Source of the DNA: Candidatus Woesearchaeota archaeon
GTDB taxonomy: Archaea; Nanobdellota; Nanobdellia; Woesearchaeales; JACJVV01
Direction of reading: 5' to 3'
Assembly: GCA_047602755.1 (NCBI GenBank)
Contig: JBLKOM010000001.1
Span: forward strand, 147,679-211,678
Length of the DNA stretch: 64,000 nt
The notes under the pieces were generated by a model. That model had not been told where the DNA came from. It was given only the letters and a program-made list of their open reading frames with translations, and searched no databases. The translations under genes and the position numbers were made by a program. Shown piece by piece: positions 1 to 9,592 of this stretch. Every line of letters starts with the position of its first letter. Position 1 is the stretch's first letter.

Positions 1-183
1 TACTGGACACCAGGAGAATGCCCTGAAATAAAACATATTTGCACTGAGGAAGAAAAACAAAACGAAATATGCACAATGCATTATGATCCTGTATGCGGAA
101 GTGATGGAATAACACATGGAAATTCATGCGCAGCATGTGCAGCAGGTATTGATTATTGGACACCAGGAGAATGCCCTGAATAA
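1..183 (+). CDS. C-terminal part of a Kazal-type repeat protein (5' truncated by window)
   Basis: Frame 1 reads [60 protein letters not shown]; Kazal signature C-x3[16 protein letters not shown]; WTPGECPE repeated at 4-27 and 157-180. Confidence 0.8.
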   Translation, partial: YWTPGECPEIKHICTEEEKQNEICTMHYDPVCGSDGITHGNSCAACAAGIDYWTPGECPE

Positions 184-330
184 ATACATTAATTTTTTAT
201 TTTTTAATTTTTTACTAAAACTAAAAACAAAAATAATTAACCATATTCTAAATTTAAAAAATAATAAATATTATCAATAACAAAATTATTTATATAAAAG
301 TTAATAATAAGATGTATAGGATGTGATATT

Positions 331-849
331 ATGAAAAAAATACTAATTATAATTGCACAAAATGGATTTCAAGAACATGAATATGAGAATACCAAAATTA
401 ATATTGAAAAAAATAATATCAAAGTAATAACTGCATCTCCTGAGAATGGTATTGCAATAGGCAAATATAAAACACAAATAAAACCGGACATTAGTATTAA
501 ACAAGCCAATCAAGAAGAGTATGATGCAATAATAATAATTGGTGGACCAGGAGCAACTTTACTAATAAATAATAATGAATTATTAATTCTATTAAAACAA
601 TTTCAAGATAATAATAAACTAATAGCAGCAATATGTATTGCACCAACAATACTTGCAAAATCAGGAATATTATTAGGAAAAAAAGCTACAGTATGGAATG
701 AAGATAATATGCAATCCGCAATATTGGAACAACAAGGAGGAATTTATGTAAAAGAACATATAGTTATAGATGGTAACATAATAACAGCTGATGGACCTGA
801 CGCAGCAGTAGATTTTGGAAAAGCAATTAGTAATTATTTAAAAAAATAA
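331..849 (+). CDS. DJ-1/PfpI family protein
   Basis: GFQEHE motif, IIGGPG, AAICIAP nucleophile-elbow Cys, IITADGP. Confidence 0.92.
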   Translation: MKKILIIIAQNGFQEHEYENTKINIEKNNIKVITASPENGIAIGKYKTQIKPDISIKQANQEEYDAIIIIGGPGATLLINNNELLILLKQFQDNNKLIAAICIAPTILAKSGILLGKKATVWNEDNMQSAILEQQGGIYVKEHIVIDGNIITADGPDAAVDFGKAISNYLKK

Positions 850-904
850 CATAATTAAAATAACTAAATATATTAATCATTATAAAAATAGAAAAATAGA
901 TAGA

Positions 905-1882
905 ATGGAAAACTTATTTGAAAAAATTTCTAAAAGAATAACTTCTATAAAATCAAGAATGCCTGATAAGATAAATAATAGTTTAAATTCTATACCTATT
1001 GAATTTAATTTGAATAACTTTAAGAAAATTAAATTAAGCAATCAAAGAATATCATTTATAGATGGTGGAAATATTGAAATTGCAGGAAATGATTCATTTA
1101 CATTTCAATTAATGAGGACATTTTGGGTTACATTTGAAGAAGATAAAAAAATAATGCAAGAAAAAAAAGATTACTTTATACTAATTTTAAACAAAAAAAT
1201 AGAAATATATAATGAAAATGAAAAACTAATTGAAGAAATAGCAACAACCGGAGAGAAAATTGAATCAGATATCAATGATATTAGAAGAAAATATGAGTTA
1301 GAGTGCATTAATAGCATCAAAAAAAGAGATGATAAAACAATAATTATTCTAGATGGAGCACTCCCAACACCAAAAAACAAAGAACAAAATCTAATAAAAA
1401 ACTATAGCTACTATTGCAAAAAATCTGAAAATCAAGATAAAAATAATACAAATAATAATCCAGAAGATAATCAATTAATAATAGCAAGTATAGCAAAAAC
1501 ATGTAGTCTTAAAACAGATAATAACTCAAATCTTGTAGGTTACGTTCATTCTATATCACCTAAAGGAAAATGGAATTATTACCCTTTATGGACTAATTCA
1601 AACAAATGTATAGCAAAACTTCATGATAATAGCAATTATGCCTTTTTAATTGATATAAATAATTTCACACAAATAAATAAAGTAGTGTCAATATTAGCAT
1701 CAAACTCCATGGACCCAAGTTTTTTAGGCTACCCATATGGTCTAACATTTGCAGATAAAATGGCAAGATGTACAAAAGAAGAACAATCATATTTACAAGA
1801 AAGATTTTTTAAATCCAATAATTTATTAAAAAAACTTATTAATACAAATAATGCACATACTGTATTAGATACCATAAAATGA
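905..1882 (+). CDS. nurA: NurA-family nuclease
   Basis: FIDGG, IILDGAL, IAKT and GYPYGLTFADKMAR motifs. Confidence 0.75.
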   Translation: MENLFEKISKRITSIKSRMPDKINNSLNSIPIEFNLNNFKKIKLSNQRISFIDGGNIEIAGNDSFTFQLMRTFWVTFEEDKKIMQEKKDYFILILNKKIEIYNENEKLIEEIATTGEKIESDINDIRRKYELECINSIKKRDDKTIIILDGALPTPKNKEQNLIKNYSYYCKKSENQDKNNTNNNPEDNQLIIASIAKTCSLKTDNNSNLVGYVHSISPKGKWNYYPLWTNSNKCIAKLHDNSNYAFLIDINNFTQINKVVSILASNSMDPSFLGYPYGLTFADKMARCTKEEQSYLQERFFKSNNLLKKLINTNNAHTVLDTIK

Positions 1883-2574
1883 AAAAAAAAAAAAAAAAAA
1901 AAAAAAATAAACCAAAAAATAAATCTATAAAAATAAAAATAAAAAAAAAAAATAAAGATTCAAACTCTAATAAAAATAAAATAAAAATTGCTACGCCAAC
2001 AAAAAATATAATTAGAAAAAAAAATATTAATTCGATGAAAAATATTGAAACTCAAATAAAAAAAGCCTTACCAAAAAAAACTAATAATAAAAATAATGCT
2101 GAAAAAAATATTAAGAATATAATTAAGTTTGACATAAAAAATAAAGAACCAAAAAATATAATTATTCTAGATACTAACTTTTTATTTATTCCAAGTGACT
2201 TTAAAATAGACATATTTGATCAAATTACAAATTTAATAAACGCATCATCTGAAATAGTAATATTTGATAAAACTATATATGAACTTCAAAAATTGTCTAC
2301 TGACAATTCAAATCAAGCAAGATCTGCAAAACTAGCATTACAATTAATTAATAAAAAACATATTAATGTAATAATAACTTCTAATAAAATAAATAATAAC
2401 AGTAAAAATAGTAATTATGTTGATGACATAATAGCAAATTATAATGAATTTCTTCCTAATTATATAGGCAATGTGTATATAGCAACACAAGATAAAGAAC
2501 TTAAAAATCGATTAAAACAAAAAAATTGTAAAATAATTAGTATGACAGGGAAAAAAAAGATTAGCTTAATATAA
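1879..2574 (+). CDS. PIN-domain ribonuclease (Fcf1/Utp24-like) with Lys/Asn-rich N-terminal extension; true start uncertain
   Basis: IILDTNFLF...EL...VDD...ATQDKELK; conserved position upstream of rpo7. Confidence 0.8.
   Translation: MKKKKKKKKNKPKNKSIKIKIKKKNKDSNSNKNKIKIATPTKNIIRKKNINSMKNIETQIKKALPKKTNNKNNAEKNIKNIIKFDIKNKEPKNIIILDTNFLFIPSDFKIDIFDQITNLINASSEIVIFDKTIYELQKLSTDNSNQARSAKLALQLINKKHINVIITSNKINNNSKNSNYVDDIIANYNEFLPNYIGNVYIATQDKELKNRLKQKNCKIISMTGKKKISLI
1882..1907 (+). repeat. Poly(A) homopolymer, 26 nt
   Basis: Uninterrupted A run directly after the ATG at 1879. Confidence 0.9.
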
Positions 2575-2682
2575 ATAGTAATCAAAATGTAACCCATTTA
2601 AACCCTAAAAAATACAATTTTAACCAAAAATCACCTATTTGATACCACAACATTTAAAAAGGGCTCATAATTCTTTCAAAGT

Positions 2683-3234
2683 ATGTTCTACAGAGCTGAA
2701 ATAAAAGACCATATAAGAGTAAGTCCAAAACTTTTCAATGAAAAGATTGAGGATGCTGTAACTGAATGTATTAGAAATAAATATGAAGGTTTTATATCAC
2801 AGGATATAGGATTTGTAATAGACATATCAAAAGTTAATGACATTAAAGAAGGCGTAGTAATTCCTGGTGATGGAGCAGCATATTATGAAACTAGTTTCGA
2901 ATTATTAACATTTAAACCTGAATTACAAGAAATAGTAGTAGGAAAAATCAAAGATGTTGCTGAATTTGGTGCATTTATTTCATTAGGTCCTATTGAAGGA
3001 ATGATTCATGTATCACAAACAATGGATGATTTTGTTTCATTTTCCAAAGAAAAAGTATTAGTAGGAAAAGAAAACAAACGAAATTTAAAAGTAAATGATG
3101 ATTGTAAAGCAAGAATAATCGCTGTTTCATTTAAAGATTTAACAAATCCAAAAATAGGATTAACCATGAGGCAAACATGCCTGGGTAAAATTGATTGGAT
3201 TGGTGAGGATCTCAATAAAGATAAAAAAAAATAA
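2683..3234 (+). CDS. rpo7: RNA polymerase subunit Rpo7 (RpoE')
   Basis: GVVIPGDGAAY, S1 domain FGAFISLGPIEGMIHVSQ, KIGLTMRQ. Confidence 0.96.
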   Translation: MFYRAEIKDHIRVSPKLFNEKIEDAVTECIRNKYEGFISQDIGFVIDISKVNDIKEGVVIPGDGAAYYETSFELLTFKPELQEIVVGKIKDVAEFGAFISLGPIEGMIHVSQTMDDFVSFSKEKVLVGKENKRNLKVNDDCKARIIAVSFKDLTNPKIGLTMRQTCLGKIDWIGEDLNKDKKK

Positions 3235-3245
3235 AGTGAATAATT

Positions 3246-3440
3246 ATGGTAAAAAGATACGTTGACAAAAACACAAAAAGATTCTTTGATAAAGAAGAAG
3301 AATTAGGAAAATATGCAGCTAATGCTGTTAAAGCTACTTCCTGGAAAGGAAGAGTTAATATAATCAATGTTGAAAAATCAGATATTGCAAAAAGAATAGG
3401 AATAGATGAAAAAGGCGAATATGCACTAAAAGTGAGATAA
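3246..3440 (+). CDS. spt4: Transcription elongation factor Spt4 (RpoE''), lacking Zn-binding cysteines
   Basis: C-terminal WKGRVNIINVEKSDIAKRIGI..GEYALKVR; follows rpo7. Confidence 0.88.
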   Translation: MVKRYVDKNTKRFFDKEEELGKYAANAVKATSWKGRVNIINVEKSDIAKRIGIDEKGEYALKVR

Positions 3441-3442
3441 AA

Positions 3443-3928
3443 ATGGCAATAAATATAATTTCTAACAATGAAAATAAATTATTAAACAGACTAGATTTAG
3501 TTGCTGAAATTGAATTTACTGGTACAACACCTTCAAAAAATCAAGTTACTGATATGATTGCAACAAAAATAGGTTCTGAAAAAAAATTGATAGTCGTAAA
3601 AATTATTAAAACATTATACGGTGAACAAAAAGCAATAGTTGAAGCTGTTGCTTATAATTCTATTGATAATCTAAAAAAACTTGAAAAATATGAAGAGCCT
3701 GTTGAAGAAGAAAAGCCAGCTGAAGCAGAGCAACCAAAAGAAGAAACAAAAACTGAAGAAAAAACAGCTGAAGCAGAACAACCAAAAGAAAAAACAAAAA
3801 CTGAAGAAAAAACAGCTGAAGCAGAACAACCAAAAGAAGAAACAAAAACTGAAGAAAAAACATCTGAAGCAGAACAACCAAAAGAAGAAACAAAAGCTGA
3901 AGAGAAAACAGCTAAAACAAGTGAATAG
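3443..3928 (+). CDS. rps24e: 30S ribosomal protein S24e with repetitive acidic C-terminal tail
   Basis: ENKLLNR...TPSK...KTLYG...AVAY; operon context. Confidence 0.93.
   Translation: MAINIISNNENKLLNRLDLVAEIEFTGTTPSKNQVTDMIATKIGSEKKLIVVKIIKTLYGEQKAIVEAVAYNSIDNLKKLEKYEEPVEEEKPAEAEQPKEETKTEEKTAEAEQPKEKTKTEEKTAEAEQPKEETKTEEKTSEAEQPKEETKAEEKTAKTSE
3719..3910 (+). repeat. 4 x 48-bp coding tandem repeat ([16 protein letters not shown])
   Basis: Four near-identical 16-aa units inside rps24e. Confidence 0.92.
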
Positions 3929-3939
3929 GTGAATATCAA

Positions 3940-4134
3940 ATGGCTGATAAGAAAAAAGATACAAAAAAAGAAGCACCTGCTGTGAAAAGACATGTTACTT
4001 CAAAAAGGCAAAATAATTATACTAATGGGAAAGCAAAAAACAGATTTTGTCCTAAATGTGGACCTGGTGTAATGCTTGCAATACACAAAGATAGATTATA
4101 TTGTGGCAAATGCCATTACATGGAAAAGTTATGA
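3940..4134 (+). CDS. rps27ae: 30S ribosomal protein S27ae
   Basis: [22 protein letters not shown] zinc ribbon. Confidence 0.96.
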   Translation: MADKKKDTKKEAPAVKRHVTSKRQNNYTNGKAKNRFCPKCGPGVMLAIHKDRLYCGKCHYMEKL

Positions 4135-4204
4135 TTAATTTATTCTTTTTAGAATTTATAATAATAATTAAAATATTTACTCAATATCTAATTTTATATA
4201 AAAA

Positions 4205-5713
4205 TTATAAATGAATTCTTCTTCTAATGATTGCACGTTGTAACTTTCTTGCAATAATTCTATGTGAAAATTTAGTGCGTAAAATATCTAAATTTCGATT
4301 AACCCATATTTTTCTTTTTCTATCATTTGTTAAAATATCCATTGTTAAATCAATGGATTTAGGATCTATCTTAAACTCTGATAAACATATAGCTTTAAAA
4401 TGATACTTTGCAATATCTTTAAGAAAAACAGGATAAGTATATAATACTGGAATTAACCCAGAAGCCATTACTTCAAGAAGATTATTACCAAAACCTTCTA
4501 TTTCACTAAAATATGTTGAAAAACCCCCCAATTTAGCAAAAATTCTAGGATATTCTTCAAATTTAATTTTTGTCTTTTTATTTTGCTCTGCAAAACCTAA
4601 TATCAAATCTTTATGACCATATTCCTTACAAAGAGATGAATAAAGTCTTTTAATTTTACGTTTAGCAACACCATTTTCAGCACTATGACCAGAAACAAAA
4701 AAATAAAGTGATTTAAACTTATTTTTTTTCTTTAATTTCGCTAACAATTCAAAAGAAAATTTTAAAGCAAAATCTATTCTCTTTCTATGAACAACTCTTG
4801 TATGCTGTAAACAAAATAAAACATCATCCAAAGACTGACCTTTTTCTTTTAAAGTATCTAAAATATTAAAATCATGCAAAAATTGTATAGTACGCTCATC
4901 AACTTTTTCAGTCACTAAATCATCATACGTTTGAATAAAGGTATCTGTAGTATTATATATTACATCATGATTTAAATGCATACAATCAAAAAAACCATTT
5001 TTATATTTATCTAATTCTAAAAAATACCGCTGTGATTGAGAAAACTGCATACTATTAATAAAAAGAATATATTCAACATATAATCCTGGAACACCTTCTA
5101 AAAGATAACGCCATACATCTTTTGCCGGTTTTTCAAACCTTGGTCTTTCTAAATGAGAATCATGCCACCATAAAATATATTTTGGGGTTTTTTTACCTTG
5201 TCGTTCTGCATCTCTATAATATCTTGATAGTGCTACACTACTAACAAAATTCTCTGGATGACTACTATTATGAGCAATAAGAACATCTATATTATGACTT
5301 GAAATAAAATTCTCAATCTCTTTTTGTGCTTTTGATAATGCTTCTTCAATTATTTGATTATACCATCCTCCATAACCATCAGAAAAGTGTCTTAACATTA
5401 ATTTATTTGCATAATTTCTATGAAGTAATATCTCACGTTGAGTAACTCTTGGACTTCTAAATTTAGACTTACCTACTAAATACATAATGTTATTTTGTGG
5501 AACTTTCAATTCCTCTACTAAAACCCCTTCAATTTGTTTCATAACAATTGAAACACCATCTGAATAACCGAATAAAGTATGAATCATTGCATATCTTAAT
5601 TTAGGTATGTCATTTTTACGAAATTTAATTAATTTACGAACTTTATTAACTATATCTTTATCACTTTCAGAAATATTTTTAGTTTTAGTTTTAACAACCA
5701 TAACCATATACAT
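4205..5713 (-). CDS. GT-B glycosyltransferase (GT4-like, resembles mannosylglucosylglycerate synthase family)
   Basis: DGVSIV, WHD, TRVVHRKRID, EGFGNNLLE motifs. Confidence 0.72.
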   Translation of the reverse strand: MYMVMVVKTKTKNISESDKDIVNKVRKLIKFRKNDIPKLRYAMIHTLFGYSDGVSIVMKQIEGVLVEELKVPQNNIMYLVGKSKFRSPRVTQREILLHRNYANKLMLRHFSDGYGGWYNQIIEEALSKAQKEIENFISSHNIDVLIAHNSSHPENFVSSVALSRYYRDAERQGKKTPKYILWWHDSHLERPRFEKPAKDVWRYLLEGVPGLYVEYILFINSMQFSQSQRYFLELDKYKNGFFDCMHLNHDVIYNTTDTFIQTYDDLVTEKVDERTIQFLHDFNILDTLKEKGQSLDDVLFCLQHTRVVHRKRIDFALKFSFELLAKLKKKNKFKSLYFFVSGHSAENGVAKRKIKRLYSSLCKEYGHKDLILGFAEQNKKTKIKFEEYPRIFAKLGGFSTYFSEIEGFGNNLLEVMASGLIPVLYTYPVFLKDIAKYHFKAICLSEFKIDPKSIDLTMDILTNDRKRKIWVNRNLDILRTKFSHRIIARKLQRAIIRRRIHL

Positions 5714-5864
5714 AAATTAATCATATATATATTTAATGATTTATAAACAATTAAAAACTTAGAAATCAAAATAATAATCAAATCAAAATCATATTAATAC
5801 AAACGAATTATATAAAAATATTTATGTAATAAAACTTCATGCACAATAATATAAAAAAAGCTTA

Positions 5865-6758
5865 CTAATCATTTGAATTACTAGATTGCATAACCAACAA
5901 ATCTTCAGTTGTTAATTTTTGTTTATTCTTAATTTTTAACTCAACTTCTGTTATTTTTTGTTGTAAAGATTTTTTCTTTTCTTTCTCATTAATCTTTTTT
6001 TGTTGATCTTGATATATACCTAACTGTTTTTGTATTTCAGATAATTTATCATATCTTACTTTTAATTCATCTGACTTTTGTTGATATAATGATTTAAATT
6101 CTTTAAACTTATCAAATGCTTCTTTTTCCTTTGCCTTTAACTCATCAATTTTCTTTGATTCTTCAAGCATACTGACATGCTTATGTTGTGAGTCTTTAGC
6201 AATAGACTGAACTTTAGAATTTGAAATATCACGAATTTTTTTATACATATCAAGTTCTTGAATAATTTTACGCATATCTTTACTAATTTCTGAAATTTTA
6301 CTTGCATTTGCTAATACTTTTCGTTTTTGCTTAATTGTTTGCATTAATTTCTTCTCAGCATTAAAAGACATAGGCTCAGTTTCTAATTTTTGAGTTAAAG
6401 TATCAAGTTCTCGTCTTAAAAAACCATAATCTTTCTTCAGACCAAGTTTATTTGAAAGCTGCTCACGCTTAACTTTTAAATCTGACAATTGTTTCTTCAA
6501 TTCAGGCAATCTTTTTTCAATTTGATCTTTTTCATGTTTTGTAACATGTACTTTAGAAGTCAAATTATTACGCTCTTCTTTAAGTCCCTTAACATCACCA
6601 ATAATACGCTGAATTTCATTCTTATAACTAGTTCTCTCTGACATCCACTTTTCTTTTTCTTTATTAAGAGAAGATTGCTCTTTCCTAATAGAATCTATTT
6701 CAGCTTTAATACTATTTAACTGTTCAAACAATTCCTTTTTTTCTTGTTCTGAAACCAT
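5865..6758 (-). CDS. Conserved archaeal coiled-coil protein (COG1340-like)
   Basis: Long heptad pattern, ETEPMSFNAEKKL, C-terminal KLTTEDLLVMQ. Confidence 0.75.
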   Translation of the reverse strand: MVSEQEKKELFEQLNSIKAEIDSIRKEQSSLNKEKEKWMSERTSYKNEIQRIIGDVKGLKEERNNLTSKVHVTKHEKDQIEKRLPELKKQLSDLKVKREQLSNKLGLKKDYGFLRRELDTLTQKLETEPMSFNAEKKLMQTIKQKRKVLANASKISEISKDMRKIIQELDMYKKIRDISNSKVQSIAKDSQHKHVSMLEESKKIDELKAKEKEAFDKFKEFKSLYQQKSDELKVRYDKLSEIQKQLGIYQDQQKKINEKEKKKSLQQKITEVELKIKNKQKLTTEDLLVMQSSNSND

Positions 6759-6806
6759 TTCTTATCGATACTCACAAATAATTAAATCGGAATAAAAAAA
6801 AAGCAC

Positions 6807-7112
6807 TTATCCGAAAAGTGCACCTAATCCAGCTGCGTTTTCTTCAGCTTTTTCTTCTTTCTTTTCTTCTTTCTTTTCTTCAGCAGGAGCGCTATCTGAA
6901 CTTACTGAAGCTTGTTCTGCCACAGGAGCTGCTACAGTAGCTGCTTTCTCTATAGCCTCATCAATATTAACACCTTCTAAAGAAGCAACAAGAGCTTTTA
7001 TTCGTGCGTCATCTGCTTTTACACCAGCAGCATCAAGAACTTTCTTAACAGACGCTTCATCTACTTTTTGTCCTGCCTTATGTAGCAACATTGCTGCATA
7101 AACGTATTCCAT
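6807..7112 (-). CDS. rpl12: 50S ribosomal stalk protein P1 (L12)
   Basis: [11 protein letters not shown]...AAGLGALFG; GGAGG SD before ATG at 7112. Confidence 0.96.
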   Translation of the reverse strand: MEYVYAAMLLHKAGQKVDEASVKKVLDAAGVKADDARIKALVASLEGVNIDEAIEKAATVAAPVAEQASVSSDSAPAEEKKEEKKEEKAEENAAGLGALFG

Positions 7113-7126
7113 TTTATTTTCCTCCA

Positions 7127-7993
7127 TTATATACCTAACGCTGTCTTAACGCTAAGCATTTGACCATGTGCTTTACCAAGCAGATCATTTACTGTATCAC
7201 TGCATGGATAATTTGCTTCCAAAGCAACAGCTTTTGTTCCTTTGAAAGCTTTAGTTATAAACACTTGAATATTATTTTTTGTTACATAATTTGTTTCAAC
7301 AGACAAATTAAATGCCCATCTTGCTGCATTATCAATATCAGCCAAGAATTGGTCTTCATCAATATCAAGTACTTTTTTAGTAAATACTGTTCCATCTTCA
7401 TAGATTGCAACTAAATCTAATCCTATTTCCATTGGTTCAATATTCAATCGTAAAAGCATTGATGCTAATTTATCTGTAATAACATCACCTTCTTTTGCAA
7501 TTACAGTATCTTGAGTAATTGTTAATTTACCATTCTCAACTTTTGTTTTAATCCCAAAAGCTGCAAGTTCACTAATAATAGGACCAGGTGCAAAATTTGT
7601 TGGGCCTTCATTAACTAAAATATCATGTGGCGCTATTTGACCAGCTTTAGCTGGAGCTTTTGACTTATTTTTTTTCAAAATCTTAAACAATGAAAAAGGA
7701 TTTTGCTTTGTAAGTAAAATAGCAGGCATACCGCTTAAATAATCTTCAAGCTGCTCAATACCTTCTTTATTAGCTTTAGTATTTTCAATTGCAAGTTTAA
7801 ACAAACTTTTTTTACCCATCTTAATTAAAACATCATTTTTACGCAATTGCTTTCTCATATTATTTGCTTGCTGTGTAGGAAGATTTTGCATATTAACAAT
7901 TCCTACCATAGGATAATCTTTCATTAATTTAGCATATTCTTTAACACTAGCTTTCTTTGAATCTGCTATATGAGTTTTATAACCTTCTCTCAT
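7127..7993 (-). CDS. rpl10: 50S ribosomal protein P0 (uL10), lacking acidic C-terminal tail
   Basis: [35 protein letters not shown]. Confidence 0.95.
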   Translation of the reverse strand: MREGYKTHIADSKKASVKEYAKLMKDYPMVGIVNMQNLPTQQANNMRKQLRKNDVLIKMGKKSLFKLAIENTKANKEGIEQLEDYLSGMPAILLTKQNPFSLFKILKKNKSKAPAKAGQIAPHDILVNEGPTNFAPGPIISELAAFGIKTKVENGKLTITQDTVIAKEGDVITDKLASMLLRLNIEPMEIGLDLVAIYEDGTVFTKKVLDIDEDQFLADIDNAARWAFNLSVETNYVTKNNIQVFITKAFKGTKAVALEANYPCSDTVNDLLGKAHGQMLSVKTALGI

Positions 7994-8661
7994 TTTTCAG
8001 CCTCGTCAGCTCCTACTTTTATTGCAGGACCCATTGTAAGTTTTAAAAAAGTATTATTAATATTATTAGCTTCACTTGGAAGATGATGAACAATCTGATT
8101 ATATAATGCTAAAGCATTATCAGCAATTACATTATCATCCATTTGTTCTTTTCCAATAGCAACCTGATATTGCAAAGATGTTTTTACCATCACTCTAACA
8201 GTTGTTTGCAATTTCTTTTTTAAAGCAGAAAGATTTGCATTAGCTGGAACTACACAACCAGACTTTGGGTTTGGCATCTTATTTTTTGGACCAAATACTC
8301 GTCCAAAAGTTTGAGCAACCTTCGCCATTAAATTTGCTTGTGCAATAAAAAAATCATATTCATCAGCAAGTTTTTTTATTTTCTTCTTATCTTTTGCATA
8401 TTGTTCAAATTCATCAACATCAACTACAAAATCTAATTCTTTCTTAGCTGCTTCTTTCATCTCAGGACCAACTAAACCACAAACTTTCACAGTTTTACCA
8501 GTAGAATGATGTAATTGTGTAAAAAAATCAACTTGATTATCTGGTTTTTTTAAATCCATATCACGAAAAGTAAGAATCATATCTACTGTTTGATTAAAAT
8601 TTCTTTTTCCAGCGGATTCCCTAGCTGATTTAAGTGCTAATAATAATTTTTCTGTATTCAT
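7990..8661 (-). CDS. rpl1: 50S ribosomal protein L1
   Basis: RNFNQTVD, GRVFGPKNKMPNPKSG, KLTMGP. Confidence 0.97.
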   Translation of the reverse strand: MNTEKLLLALKSARESAGKRNFNQTVDMILTFRDMDLKKPDNQVDFFTQLHHSTGKTVKVCGLVGPEMKEAAKKELDFVVDVDEFEQYAKDKKKIKKLADEYDFFIAQANLMAKVAQTFGRVFGPKNKMPNPKSGCVVPANANLSALKKKLQTTVRVMVKTSLQYQVAIGKEQMDDNVIADNALALYNQIVHHLPSEANNINNTFLKLTMGPAIKVGADEAEK

Positions 8662-8665
8662 TTTT

Positions 8666-8773
8666 CCTCCACCCTTCTATCATGACAGGCCAAATTATAC
8701 TAATTTTTGGCATTTCTGGACACATGTCTGCATACACCCAAGATACAGGTTCTCATGCAAGATAGTCTACGGG
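8666..8773 (-). promoter_or_regulatory. Candidate structured 5' leader of rpl1-rpl10-rpl12 (kink-turn-closed multi-stem RNA next to SD)
   Basis: Minus strand CCC-GUA-GA-CUAU...AUAG-AA-GGG then UGGAGG SD; inner stems CAUGA/UCAUG, CUGUAU/AUGCAG, GCCAAA/UUUGGC; GC-richer than other intergenics. Confidence 0.6.
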
Positions 8774-8864
8774 ATATAATATTAAACTAATATATCTAAT
8801 AGCATTAACAAATATGCTTAGATAAATGAATATTGAACTATTTATAAATATTACTACTATACTA

Positions 8865-9428
8865 TCATATCAACATTGGAATTGATAAGCCAATACTAAA
8901 AGCATAAGCAATTAAAACAAAACTAAATGCTCTAGGAATAACTCCAAAAAGAATAAAATCCTTCCATGTAATCCCTAAAGTTGCAAAAATAACTGGAATA
9001 TAAGGAAATGGAGAAATAGCTGCAATAAAAATAGCAATCTTACCATATTTCTCTGCTAATATGAGAAACTTATCAACTTTTTTTTTACTAATAATTCGCT
9101 TAAAAAAAGATAAACCATATTTTTTTCCAATATAAAAAGCAAGTATCGCACCTAATGATGAGCCAAGAATACTAAAAAATAAAGCTTTTATTATTCCTAT
9201 TCCTGAGGCAATACTAATTAACAAAAATATTTGAGGTGCAATGAATTGTGGTAAAAACTCCAATAAAAAAGAAACAAACATAAGTCCAATAACTCCATAT
9301 GCAGCAAGTTCATCAACAATATCAGATTGCAAATAAAAAACACTAACTACCATTAAAAATACAAAAACAAGAACAACAAAGAAATCTGTTTGAAATAACT
9401 TTTTTCTAAGATTTAATTTTTTATACAT
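8865..9428 (-). CDS. DedA/VTT (SNARE-associated) family membrane protein
   Basis: GSSLGAILAFYIGKKYG, AAISPFPY, PRAF motifs; hydrophobic. Confidence 0.85.
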   Translation of the reverse strand: MYKKLNLRKKLFQTDFFVVLVFVFLMVVSVFYLQSDIVDELAAYGVIGLMFVSFLLEFLPQFIAPQIFLLISIASGIGIIKALFFSILGSSLGAILAFYIGKKYGLSFFKRIISKKKVDKFLILAEKYGKIAIFIAAISPFPYIPVIFATLGITWKDFILFGVIPRAFSFVLIAYAFSIGLSIPMLI

Positions 9429-9534
9429 CTAGTACAAAATATAAACGGTTTTTATAAGTGTTGTTTAGAAATCGAAAAAAATGACAATAAAAAATCAAAA
9501 AAAATTGAACAAAACCAATAATTTTATTTTGATA

Positions 9535-9571
9535 CTACTAATGGGTAACTACAAACCGAAAGATTTAAAAA
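9535..9571 (+). promoter_or_regulatory. BRE/TATA promoter with upstream palindromic motif
   Basis: CTAC-TAATGG-GTAA-CTACAA-ACCG-AAAGA-TTTAAAAA; TATA starts 29 nt before ATG 9593. Confidence 0.6.
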
Positions 9572-9592
9572 GGAAATAAAGATTAATAAATC

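Noticed and set aside
3719-3910. Possible CRISPR array
   Set aside because: Contiguous in-frame repeats with no unique spacers and no cas genes
3652-3993. Four overlapping alternative-frame ORFs with periodic sequences
   Set aside because: Shadows of the 48-bp coding repeat in rps24e
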